This document shows positions 24,845 through 37,200 of a stretch of 64,000 bases of DNA, in pieces (the first letter of the stretch is position 1; the number at the start of each line of letters is the position of its first letter). The stretch lies in assembly GCA_024679065.1 (NCBI GenBank), contig JAGIQG010000014.1, positions 33,666,001-33,730,000 of the forward strand, given 5' to 3'. The position numbers were made by a program, and so were the translations under genes. The notes under the pieces are model-generated. The model did not search any database. It was not told the origin of the DNA and was given only the letters and a program-made list of their open reading frames with translations. This DNA comes from Sphyrna mokarran. Taxonomy: Eukaryota.

Positions 24845-26402
24845 AGCATATACACACATGCATGCACCCACATACATATATGCACATACACATGCATGCT
24901 TGCACACATACACATTGATTACAACTAATCAACTGAATATTTGTCAGTTTCTGAATGCAGTCCTTTTGAAGAAAAAGCATAATTAAATATTAAGCAAATG
25001 TAGAATTCTGGAAAAGTCAGTGTCAGTCTCTTTGTCAGTTCCTTTTTCTCCCCAAATAATGACAGAAAAAAATCACTATCATTGATCAATTTCTAATTCT
25101 TTCCAATTCTACTTAACAGTGAAGCCAAATTAAGATCCATTATAGTCAAAAAAACCCATTAAACTCAGCAGTGAACTCCCTCTCAATTACCAAACCACCA
25201 AAGTAAAATTCAATTTAGGCAAAAGTGAGCTAGATCATTTTGATCTAGGCTTCCTACCTGCCTAGTTCCTTAGATCCAAAGGGATATATGTCCAATCATC
25301 TCAAAACATGTACAATATTGTTTCTACTTAGATTGGGAAGGACAGCTTTTCTCAATTAATTTATAATTGCCAGAGAAAACAAGCACCTTTAATGGAATTT
25401 AAACTTAATGATCTTTGAGACTTTAAGACACATCCGTGGCTGCTTTGGTTGTCTTTAGAAAATGCATGTTTTAGCAGAAACTAAAAAATGTTCTGTTGGA
25501 AATAGGTGGTTAACTTTTTTGATTATTTTCATCCCTATGATTTGGCTGGTACAACTTTTGCTCTTTGTTAACGACTGGATTCTGTGAGCAGATTGTTACC
25601 ATACCTCTTACAGTAGCTGAGCTACTGTTTGGGGTCTGTGGTTAAAATGTTTACCAAACATCTTGACGGGAAGAAATATTCTCGAGAGTGACCATATCTG
25701 GGAATGACAATGGGCAAATTACTGATGTAAAAAAGGCAATCAGCTCACAGCTTGTTATTGATAAAACTATTTCAAATACTGTATACAAATCCAGGTTTAT
25801 TTTTGCATGTGATATTAATCTATTATTTCAACATCATTTTGTGTCTGTAGTGTATATGGCACCAACTGTACAGTAGTGTATATCCATTTATCTGTGCAGT
25901 TAATGATAATTGTATGCTACAGATGAAGCGGATGATATTTAAACTATTGGTGTCTTACAAACATTTATAATTAATGTCTGTAATTGCAAAAATAATAGTA
26001 AACTCCTATTCATATTATAAGATATAATTCAACCTATTAGTCTCACTGAGTAGCCATTATTTGCTGTGAAACAATGGAAAATTTTAATTTAGCTGTATTT
26101 CCGTATATTTAAGGTATACAAATGGATTGAGGATATACATATCGACATATGTCCGCACACAATAAGTGCATGTATGTCGTTTAATTAAATGAAGCATTTG
26201 TGTTTAACTTGGACATAATTTAGCGTTTTCATATATTATTAACGGATTTTCGGTAACCAACCTCCCTGATTACCTGCAAATATAATTTCTGATAAACACA
26301 TCTGCATTTTTCAAAATCCCTTCAATATTTCCATTATTCAACCAACGCGCGCTAATCGAGAACTCAGATCAAACGATTTTAATTTCGCATTTGATTTCAT
26401 AC

Positions 26403-26470
26403 AGGGGATTTTCACAGTAACTTCATTGCAGTGTGAATGTAAGCCCACTTGTGACTAATAAATAAACTTA
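26403..26470 (+). mobile_element. Isolated tail of the alternative-tail V-SINE or its partner LINE
   Basis: AGGGGATTTTCACAGTAACTTCATTGCAGTGTGAATGTAAGCCCACTTGTGACTAATAAATAAA, nearly identical to 53970-54030. Confidence 0.8.
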
Positions 26471-28799
26471 TAAACAATAATAAAATAAACTGTTTGAAAA
26501 ACTTAAGCGAAGTGTGTAAACGTTTGACGCCGGACTTATTTTAAATACAGCCAAATATCTGTTGCAGCATTCAGAAAATTCAAACACAAATGGAGATAGA
26601 CAGAAGATTGGTGATACAAGATAGATCGTCTAGTTATAGATAATTAAATCACCGTTCTGTAAGCCAGCTCATTGCTGAGTTGAAATAACATCGATGCATA
26701 AAATTGTATATATCTAATATAATTTTCTGTAGTACAGCCCACAGTATTTGAATTCCTGATTTCAAAATGTTGTATTTTCTCGCCAACAAAATAGTTTATC
26801 GTGCTATATATCTAAATAAACTGCATATCGTTATTATTTCGATTTGGAAAACCTGCGAGAAGATTTGATTTCGAGTAAAGGTATTTTCAAGGTACTAAAG
26901 ACATGCATTTCGAAGACAGAATATTTGCTGATTATTTTGTACGATTTTAACAAGTATGGGATGGTTAAAAAGAAATCCACACATAGGAGAGTAGCACTAT
27001 GAAGACTCTCCTTTAAACCTTTTATCAATTCGATCTCACATGTTAGTGGCTATTTTACCGTTGTTGCTTACTTGGGGCTTTCAAAAACTTCTAAAGTCGT
27101 CAATAGTTTGGAGTGGGTTATAAACAAAACTGGAGACCAAAAATTACGAAGGTGATGATATTAAAAACGAATTTTTAAAAAGGAACACGTTAATCTATAT
27201 ATACGAACGCTAAAACACAAAGACGTGAACATACTTGCCTTCTAATAGATAACGGAATCCCATTCAAGACCGATTGTTGCATATTTTCATATCAGCAAAA
27301 GAAAGTGCTTCATTATTTAGGCAGATGGATACAGTTTCTTGCACTTAAACCCAACGATATTATTGAAAACTGCGACTTTGCACAATCGACTTGAATCCCA
27401 GACCCCACGGTAAACGTGTTTAAGTGAATATTTTGCAACTGTTCAAAGTACACTTCAGATAAAACCAGCTCGCCGCTTGTTAAAAATAAAACGTGGGATG
27501 GTGGGGGGCAAGGAAAGAGGAGAAATTGAAAAAAAAGGTTTAAGCAGGGTTGTAGGAGAAGATTATTATTCCACAGAGCATTTTATTATTCTACAGAACA
27601 TTTGGTCTGAACGATGCTGAAGAATATCTGACTTCGCGTTAAAGCCAAAGCGGTTTAACGGTTAGAAATGCCTGAACCGATTTTCCCTCTAATAGCATTG
27701 TTTCGCTAAGTATTTCCTTCTGCACAATTGCTATTTATTTAGCATAACACACGAGAAACAAGACTAAAAAAAAATGTTGTCCATGCGTGCATTTAACCCA
27801 GCGGGACTTGTTCGACATTTCCTACTTTTCTTTTAAAAAAAAAGCCATGCATGTTCAGAATTGAAACAGCGTTGCCATAATTGTGGTGTGTAAAAAAACG
27901 GATCTTTTACTTGTATACAAATGATTGTGCTATTCATATTTATGCGGCACGGCCCGACAAAATAATCAATTCGATTAAAAATGCGAGTTTAGTAAAGAAA
28001 AGCAGGGGAATATACGAATGAGCGTGAAGCAAAGAAGCAGGGGATGAGTTATGTAAATATCTGTTCCTTTCGATCTTGACTCACGGGTTATTTGTCGAAT
28101 CGTAAGTTAAATAAATTGCGAGCTGCCCCTTTCTTTTGATCAGCATCCCTGCAGCCTCGAAACGTTCAAAGTATTCCAACTCAAATCCTATCATATCATC
28201 ACTGGACAATAATCGCACCATCAAATATAAGAATAGCGGTAGTGTTTATATCAGCGATTAAAAGCTTCTGTCAGTCCACATCTTCTCAAACAATACAGAT
28301 CACCTGTAAGCACCTGTCTTCCAACTACACCGGAGCTCGCTTAGAACAAGTCTAGTTCATGCCATCTCGCAGCTTACAATGTGTCAGAGCCTAACTTTAC
28401 CTTTATTTTGTAAAATGTTAACAGGAAGGGTAACATTTGATCTTGTTCTGCATTGTAGCTTTCTGTCTTACGAATTAATTGTGCAATGACCCCCCTCCCG
28501 TACCAGTTTGAACTAATGTATATTTCCTTTCCCTAAGCTGTGATTTCCTGCAGCCTTTACTGGGTGCTGTTAAATAATTGACGTTCTTTTTGAAAATGTA
28601 TGACATGTTGCTATTAGTTCGCTTTACTGTACTAATAAACGCTGTATCGGAATGCATTTAACGGCATGCAATTTTTTTTTACATACAGGATGTTCAGTTT
28701 AAACCCTACTGGCAAGCTGGTGTTTTACAAGCGGTTACGCTGTGTTCTTTTTCTCTCTCTTTCTTGCTCGCTTTCTTTATTTTTTTGCCCATCCTTGAT

Positions 28800-29576
28800 T
28801 TCAAAGCTGGGGCCGGGCTCTGGATTCAGCTCTGCCCGGGGGTTGGGGCGTGTTCGGCGGGGGCGGGTCGCTCCTTGGAGCCGGCCAAACTTTCCACCGC
28901 GTTCCCCAGGGAGATCGCCTTTGATGTCGCCGATCCTGGCGCCTACAAACAACCTCACTTGTCTGCCTTTTCACCCTGCTGACTAATCGTGACAGACTGT
29001 TTATCCACGCAATTAGCAAAGGCAGACAGTTCTCAGAACAGGTGGCTTCGGGCACAAAGGACCAAGTATTTACATCCATTCTTTACCCACATTTATTGCT
29101 TTTTTTTTTAATTATTTCACTTATTTTTGCTGGGGTACTTCTTTTTCTCTCTCTCTCTGCCTATCTTCTGATTTGTGTGTGTGTCGGTGGTGGGGGGAAG
29201 TGAGGGCTGTCTTCTCTTTTCACTTAATTAGCTGCATGTTTACGGTGAGATTAGAGCCCCGCAGTTATCACTAACCCATCGCAGCGAGTGGCCCATCTGA
29301 TTAAGGGACTAATTTCTTTAAAACGATCATTTACTGCTATTGGCACTTCAGCCAGCCAATCCCCTTACCGAAACTGCAGCACCACCCGGCCAGACTTCTC
29401 TGATTGGCTAAAAGTTTCGCCCCCTTGTAAAGTTTTTGCAACCTTTACTACAGTTCCAATGCCACTCTGACCCTTTAGTTGTAGAAGTTGCTCGCTTTGG
29501 TAAGGGATCACTTTCTCCAGGGTTGTAACTTGTGTGTGTGTTTTTTTTGAGTGTGTATGCCTTTTTATCGTTCATC
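28800..29576 (+). promoter_or_regulatory. MSX2 proximal promoter and 5' UTR (GC/CpG-rich)
   Basis: GC box GGGGCGGG near 28860, TCF/LEF site CCTTTGATG 28918-28926, Smad1/5-type GGCGCC 28938-28943, GTCT 28961-28964, TAATTA near 29225, CCAAT 29356-29360 and inverted CCAAT (ATTGG) 29403-29407. The TSS cannot be determined from sequence. Confidence 0.75.
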
Positions 29577-29958
29577 ATGATGTCTTCGCCACAAGGCTTA
29601 ACAGTGAAGGATAACAGCGTCTCTGACCCAGAGCTCCAAAGAGCTGCTGAAACTGCTCTGAGCGACCACAAAGTCCATGTGTCCAGCCTCCCCTTCAGCG
29701 TGGAAGCCTTGATGTCCGATCGCAAGCCCCACCGAGGCGCTTTGCCTCCTTCGGACGGAGCAGGCGGCAGCAGCACCTCGCAAAGTCTGCCCCCGAAGTC
29801 GGTGGTCAGGGAATCGCAGAGCCCCCTCGACTCGTCCTGCCCGCTTCAACCGGGTTTTACAAAAACTTACGACGATTCGCTCGTGAAGTCTGAAAACTGC
29901 AAGGAGGAAGACTGTGTGCCCTGGGTCAAAAATTCAGCCTACTCGCCGCCTCCAAATA
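29577..29958 (+). CDS. MSX2: MSX2 homeobox gene, coding exon 1 (N-terminal region with eh1 repressor motif)
   Basis: ATG ATG at 29577. Translates MMSSPQG...VSSLPFSVEALMSDRK (eh1 FSVEALM at 29694-29714, as in vertebrate MSX2)...VKSE...PW...YSPPPN. Ends at phase-1 donor A|GTGAGT (intron starts 29959). Confidence 0.95.
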
Positions 29959-31024
<1,066 letters not shown>

Positions 31025-31182
31025 AAAAACAAACAATTCTACAAGACTTGAAACTTTCAAATATATTTGAAACGATGCCAGCGCTTTTAACATTGTTTTG
31101 ATCGCTGTCCCTTTGAAAGGGATATTATGTACTATTTTATATATATATGGAGATTTATTATTTCTTATACCTTATATTTGTG

Positions 31183-31193
31183 AATAAATTAAA
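31183..31193 (+). terminator. Candidate proximal polyadenylation signal (AATAAA overlapping ATTAAA)
   Basis: AATAAA 31183-31188 and ATTAAA 31188-31193, about 160 nt after the stop, in an AT-rich 3' UTR followed by TTGTTG. A longer UTR isoform is possible. Confidence 0.5.
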
Positions 31194-34100
31194 GTAATTG
31201 TTGAATACTACGTTATACTGGTCCATCTAGTTTTCATTATTAAACCCCGGTACCGAAAATATAACTGCATCTGCTCTGAAAGCAAACATGTACTGGGATG
31301 AGCGTATCCAGACTTTATCTGTCGGAAAGCCGAAATGCAGTTAAGCTCACCTAACTGGAGTGGAGACCAAATTGTTTCAAGATAAAAGCCATTGGAGATG
31401 CCTAACTCGTTGCAACATGGTTAACAGAAAACGTGAGAATTGTCCAGTATTCTTTGCAGAAAGATAGTCCAGGAGTCGAGTTTACTAAATATTTAAGGTC
31501 TTCTACTTTTCCAATCCCACGCTAGTGCGTCCCCTCAACAACTCTTTTGACAAAATTCTTGTCAGTTTTCTTGCGTGACCAGCTAAAGAAAACATTTTAT
31601 ATATTAGCTGATGTCAAGTTGAAAATAATGTAATTTCCCCGACTTGACAGCCATGTTTCAATATGATATAGTGCAGAAAGGTCTACCAATTCAACGCTGA
31701 CTTGATTCAAATGTTAGTTGAATCTGGCTAGATTAATGAAACAGGTAGTTAACATAATGAAAACCTGATGAGATCACATCTTGGATACTCTTTCCATGCA
31801 GCATGTGGACGAGCATAGTACTCTGGAACTTGTAATTCTAACCCGCACAACCTTAGCTCGAGTATGATAGTGGCTAGTCGAAGAAAATATGGAATTGGAA
31901 AAAAATAATTATTTGACATCGAGTTCATTTTCCATGTGTTGTAACTTAAAGTATACGTAACACGCTTCTAAACATCAAAACGATTCCAACCATTTCTGCC
32001 ACATGGGACCTTTTCCGCCCTGTCTGTTAGTTCAACATTGATCACACTCTTCTTTTCTCAGTCTATTAATCACACAATAGCGGGACGGACGATTCACTAG
32101 TTTTTCCCCATTATTGAGGTCAGATGTTAACATACTGTAGTGCAACTGCAAATAATTAATATATCTAGTTAAGTGGCATTTTCGGGCCTTTGCTTTACAG
32201 TTTCTGCTGCATTATAACGGGCGATTGTACTATAGTTTTATGGGGACTATCAATACAGTTTATATGCTAGATCAAAAGTCAATGAAATTCAACGCCAAAT
32301 GACACATTACCCTTTACATCAGCACCTTCCATTAAATAGTTTTTGCTGTACAATGTCAAGGTGCACAACGATTTATACCAATATATAATTCAATATTAAT
32401 TTTAACGTTTATTTATGTGACAACAAAATATGGATAATATTAACACAGCAGTAGAGACAACGGTACAGAATGCACAGGAGTGATGGACATACCTGTTTTT
32501 GGTGGTGGTGCGGGGGGGGGCGGTGAAGGTTCATATGAATACCGTGTGAGTATAGCTATGAAAGTTTCTAAATTGGAACTTCAGTTTGAGAATTTTCTAG
32601 AAATAATTAAAGATCAAAATGATTTGTGCCATAAAGCAGAACAGTGTTTGTTGTGATAATTATAATTATTCAAACATCAAAGCTCTTTGATGGTAAACTA
32701 ATAAGGAAATATGTTTTGCAAAATGATGTAAACAGCACCCAGTACCATCTGTCAATGGAGTGGATTACCTTTGAAGTCACACCTCATAATTTAGAAAATT
32801 GAGAATATAATTTTAGTTTGCACTGGGAGCGTGGAATTGCATGAGAGAAGGAATGCTATTATTTTATTCGAGCTGATTGCTTTGGCTCCACTGTGGCTGT
32901 AGCTGGGGGCAAAGTAGAGCACCATACAGACATACTTTATTAGGTTCCTGTAACTCTTGAAAGGCCTTTTTATACTTTCTTTGATTTTGTCTATTGCTTT
33001 AAAAGGGCCCTTACTCTGTAATTACTGTGTAATATGAAAAGCATTATTTTAACTTTGCACAATTTCCACAGGCAACGCACCAATTAAGAATGTTTAATTA
33101 CTGAGACTGGCCAAACGCAAGGAAAGAGAATGCTGGTTTAAACCCAGTTTTCACGGGTGGATGCACTAATTAATACAGTGTCTGCCACTCCTGTGGATTT
33201 TTAATATTAAAAGACGATAGGGCGGAAGGTATTTAGAGGCAAACTCCTGCCGAAGTTTTTTATATATGATTTGGTTCATGCTGGTGGAACTCTCCTAGAG
33301 CCTTGTGTCTAAGCGTTCCTTTTGATGTAGCAGTTCTATTTAAGAATGTGTTCGCGGTTATCAATCACGCCAGCCGCCTCTTTAAAGACTGCCTTAATCT
33401 GATTTAATTGCTCATCTAGCGCCGGTCCCCCCTCAGGCTAGAGCCGCCTTGCTCAATTACACCCAAATACCAAGCAATCAATAAATAAGTAATGACAACA
33501 AGTTTGAGGATTAGGTGGCTCCGAGGAATCGAACTGGAAAAGCTTACAAGGGGAGGGGGAAGAAGTCACGTTAGCGACACTCAATGATTAAACATACACC
33601 ACATCGACAGTGAGACGGCTGACAATCCTTGCATGTTCTTTCGGGACTCTCGCCAGCTTGCATAGTTTTGAAAAATAAGCAAAGTACTGTGGGTGCATTT
33701 TCTTCAGTCCCTTTATAGTTGCATTCTAACAGGCACTGTAAAATACATTTCATTTATTCCACCTTAAGTCATGTGCACTTAATAGAATCCCAGTCTGAGC
33801 GTGCAGTTTATCGCAAACTATTTCTCAATGCATTACGCTTTTCCGCATCTATGACCAACGTCGAACCTTACAGCCATCAAAGCTGATTGTGGAGAGGAGT
33901 CACGACATCCTCGGTTTTAATGCGGTGTGCATTACAATACACCTTTCCACCATAATACCGCCAAGACGAAACAATTACAAAGATTTAGTCAAATGAAATA
34001 ATGTCCTTTCGTTATATATGATTGTATATGGCGGTTTCATGTATATTCCAGTAAAGGGTGGGGGGGTGGAGTTGGTGAACAGATTTATCATCGCCCCTTC

Positions 34101-34220
34101 TGTAGTATTAACGTTCAGATACATCAATCTAATGCAGTTTTCATTTCTGATAAATGTACTTTCCAGCTGAGATGAGCTTGTCTGGCGAAACCGAGCTGAT
34201 GTCAGTAGAGCTTGACTCTT

Positions 34221-34273
34221 CCTCCCCCCCCCCCCGTCCTCCCCTCCCCTCCCCCCCCCCCCCCCCACCTCCC
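34221..34273. repeat. Poly-C rich tract
   Basis: Several long C runs. This accounts for the spurious poly-Pro and poly-Gly ORFs here. Confidence 0.85.
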
Positions 34274-37200
34274 GATGAAACGTCTTCGTATATTAGAAGA
34301 GAATATTTGCGCTTGGAAATGTCACTCAGTATCAATCACACGCTGTAACTCTATACTCCATCGGTTTGTTTACCCGTAAGATCTGTTAATCAGTGCTTGA
34401 TTGCTTAATTCATGAGACATTGAGAAATAATGATTGAATTATACTGATTTTGCAATGCAGATTTCGCGTTGGAGTTCTCTCTGGCGCCGGATTCTCATCA
34501 GCACATTTAAAGGGAGTTTCCCACTGAGATTGTTCTTAATTACCCTTGTCACCTTGCTTCCTGTTTCATACATATCTGCCATAATGACAGTGCAAGAGTA
34601 TCATATAAATTACATCCATCGCGTTTAGCTAAATATAATGGTCAGTCGTATTTCCCAACATTTTAATTTTCAGCATCCTATTAATGATATAGTCGAACCT
34701 TATAATATTCCACTTTCGGCTATTTCAAATCCCTGGAAGTTCACTTTAAAAGTTCACTATTTCCATGCTGCGTTGCTTTAGTGACTTGATACTCAGCATC
34801 TATTAACATTTTCCAGGTTACTTTTTTGTTCCTATATTTGCCATATAAGAAATTTCACCGTCGCATTTCAATACCTCTCACCCCCTCCCAAAAAAAGTAA
34901 AATGTTTCATTGCATCCTTCCGAAAACTAAGCTGCACTCAAACTACTTACAAAATATAAATCAAATGTAAAAAGATAAACTTCAAGTGTTGGAGAAAAAT
35001 ACGACCTGTTGTGTCTTTCTCACTGTGAACTAAGCTTCTCTGAGGTGGGGGGATCAATGTGTGCAATAAACATGTGTATACACGTGTGTATTAGTATGTG
35101 CGGCAATATTGAGGCCAGCAGCACATAACATTGCGAGAATGGTTCGCAGAATTTTTTTGTTTTGGATCGTATCAGAACGGTTCTGGGTGTGCTAATCTCT
35201 GTGGAAAAAGTGTCCTGCCTGTGTCTGTTATTGCCGCTTTTTCTGACCTGCCACCAATTTAGCTCACAGCTCCACAGGTCGCAGTCTTGACGCCGAGGCG
35301 TTCGGGTGTATTTGAGAAATCAATACTCTGAGATTACATTTGCACTTTGAATATTAAAGACCACACTCTGGAGAACGGCGCGCCACCAAGTTAGACAACA
35401 GCTCGCCTTTAAAATTTCCTTCACAAGGATCATGATATTTTAACTTTCAATTTCGAATGAACACGTGACAGCAACTTCAGTTGGAGATAGTTGCACAATA
35501 GCGCTTATAATCACAAGCAGATCGCCGCAAAAAACATTGAGATTACTTTGCGAGGACAGTAACCGTAACCATGCCTAAAACTCGACCGATATTTTGTCTG
35601 CTCCAGCAAATCAATTGCCTAATCATCACAATTTGAAAGTTCTCTTTGGAACCGACTTTGTTCTCTGCAGCTTCCTTGAGTAGCATTTCAAAGTTGTCCA
35701 ATTACCCAATAAAACATTAAAAACACTTCCTCTTCCTTCATCATTTGCAACTGAGAATAACACGGAGAAAAGCAGCGTTTTCTATTCTACATACTGTAAC
35801 GAAATAGCTCAGCATGCTTTTCAAATTCTCAGTACTATTTATTTGGCATACTTCTAGATCGTTTCCGAGTTACATTTACTTTCCAATCCTTTCACGCTGA
35901 CCAATGTAACTGTCAGTTGTTAATTAGGTTCCTCTGAAGTGAGTTTCAACAATCGCAACGGATTGAGTGGCCAGTCAGTGTCATGTATGTCCACAGATAT
36001 AACCAACTTTCGGCTGCAATTCCAGCCCCAAATCAAACCAGGCATCGGTGTAGATAAATATATCGTGAAACTCAGTTCACTTCATGAACTATTGACGGAT
36101 TACCTTTTTAAACCAAGTCGTAGGTAGGCGTAGGTGTAATTGCCCTAATTAGTTACCCGGAATAAATCATCTCCATCGCTGGTGGCACAATCTTGGAACA
36201 GCGACTCCTTGCCAACTCAAGGAAATGGACTTGCTTAATGGGAATTAAAATGTTTAATTGACATTCCTTCACAACCGAGTTGCGTCAAGACATTGCTTCT
36301 GTGCATGTCATCCGTTCTAAAGTGAAAACAGAATCGAATAGACAAGGTGACCTCTCTGATAAAGTTCTAACATTCCTGCATCTGTCGGATAGTGCAGCAA
36401 CAAATAAAAACTATCTCCCACTTTTCATATTTCTTCATTGAAATGTGAATTATTTGACTTACATTTACATGAAGTACCAATATGTGATCTATGATGGGGG
36501 GTGGGGGGGCGGGTGATGGTAATTGAAACCTTTAGCAAATCAAAAGGAATATGCTTAAAGGCAATTTTGCTGTTCGGGCATAAATTAATATTTAATGGAC
36601 ACAATTTGCAGAGAAATCGCGATTGTTTCTCAGCACATAAATAATATTTGTATATTGTTAATGTTCAAAGAACCTCCCGCTGCCGTCTATTCCACTTAAT
36701 AAATAATAAATCGTTTCACGAGGGAGGGGCAACTGGTTTTTGACTCAAAAATGAATCTTGAAAGGAGCCGTCTGCGCCCTAACAATAACGTGATACGATA
36801 TATACTGTAACGCTAAACATGCTCCCGAGGGACCTTCATCTAATGTTCTCAGACAGGCGCTAATGTGAAATTAAAATGCTTTCTTTGTTATGAATTTCAT
36901 TCGCTGTACATAATAACACAACGGGCTAGCCATTTCCTTTGACTTTAAGGGCAGTTGCCTTCAAAGTGATAACTCCGTGTTTGGACAGAACTGGAGAATT
37001 CTTTAGGTCGAATAATTCCTTGAAAACATAATTAGGAATTCGGAACAATTGCAAAACGAAGTAATGAATAAAGCTTGCATTACATAGAACAGTGTCGATG
37101 CTATCTACTTAAATATGAGCCGGTACATATGGATAGTTGAAAAAAATTGCATGCAGTAGTGGGAAATACGTTTCAAGCGCTCGACAGTCTTAAGAAAACC

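Noticed and set aside
28666-29079. Several overlapping ORFs upstream of MSX2
   Set aside because: By-products of the GC-rich promoter, with no recognisable domain or splice structure.
33975-34348. Poly-Pro and poly-Gly ORFs
   Set aside because: Produced by the poly-C tract.
36165-36190. Possible CTCF site (reverse GCCACCAGCGATGG)
   Set aside because: Only a partial match to the core, which I cannot support without a PWM scan.
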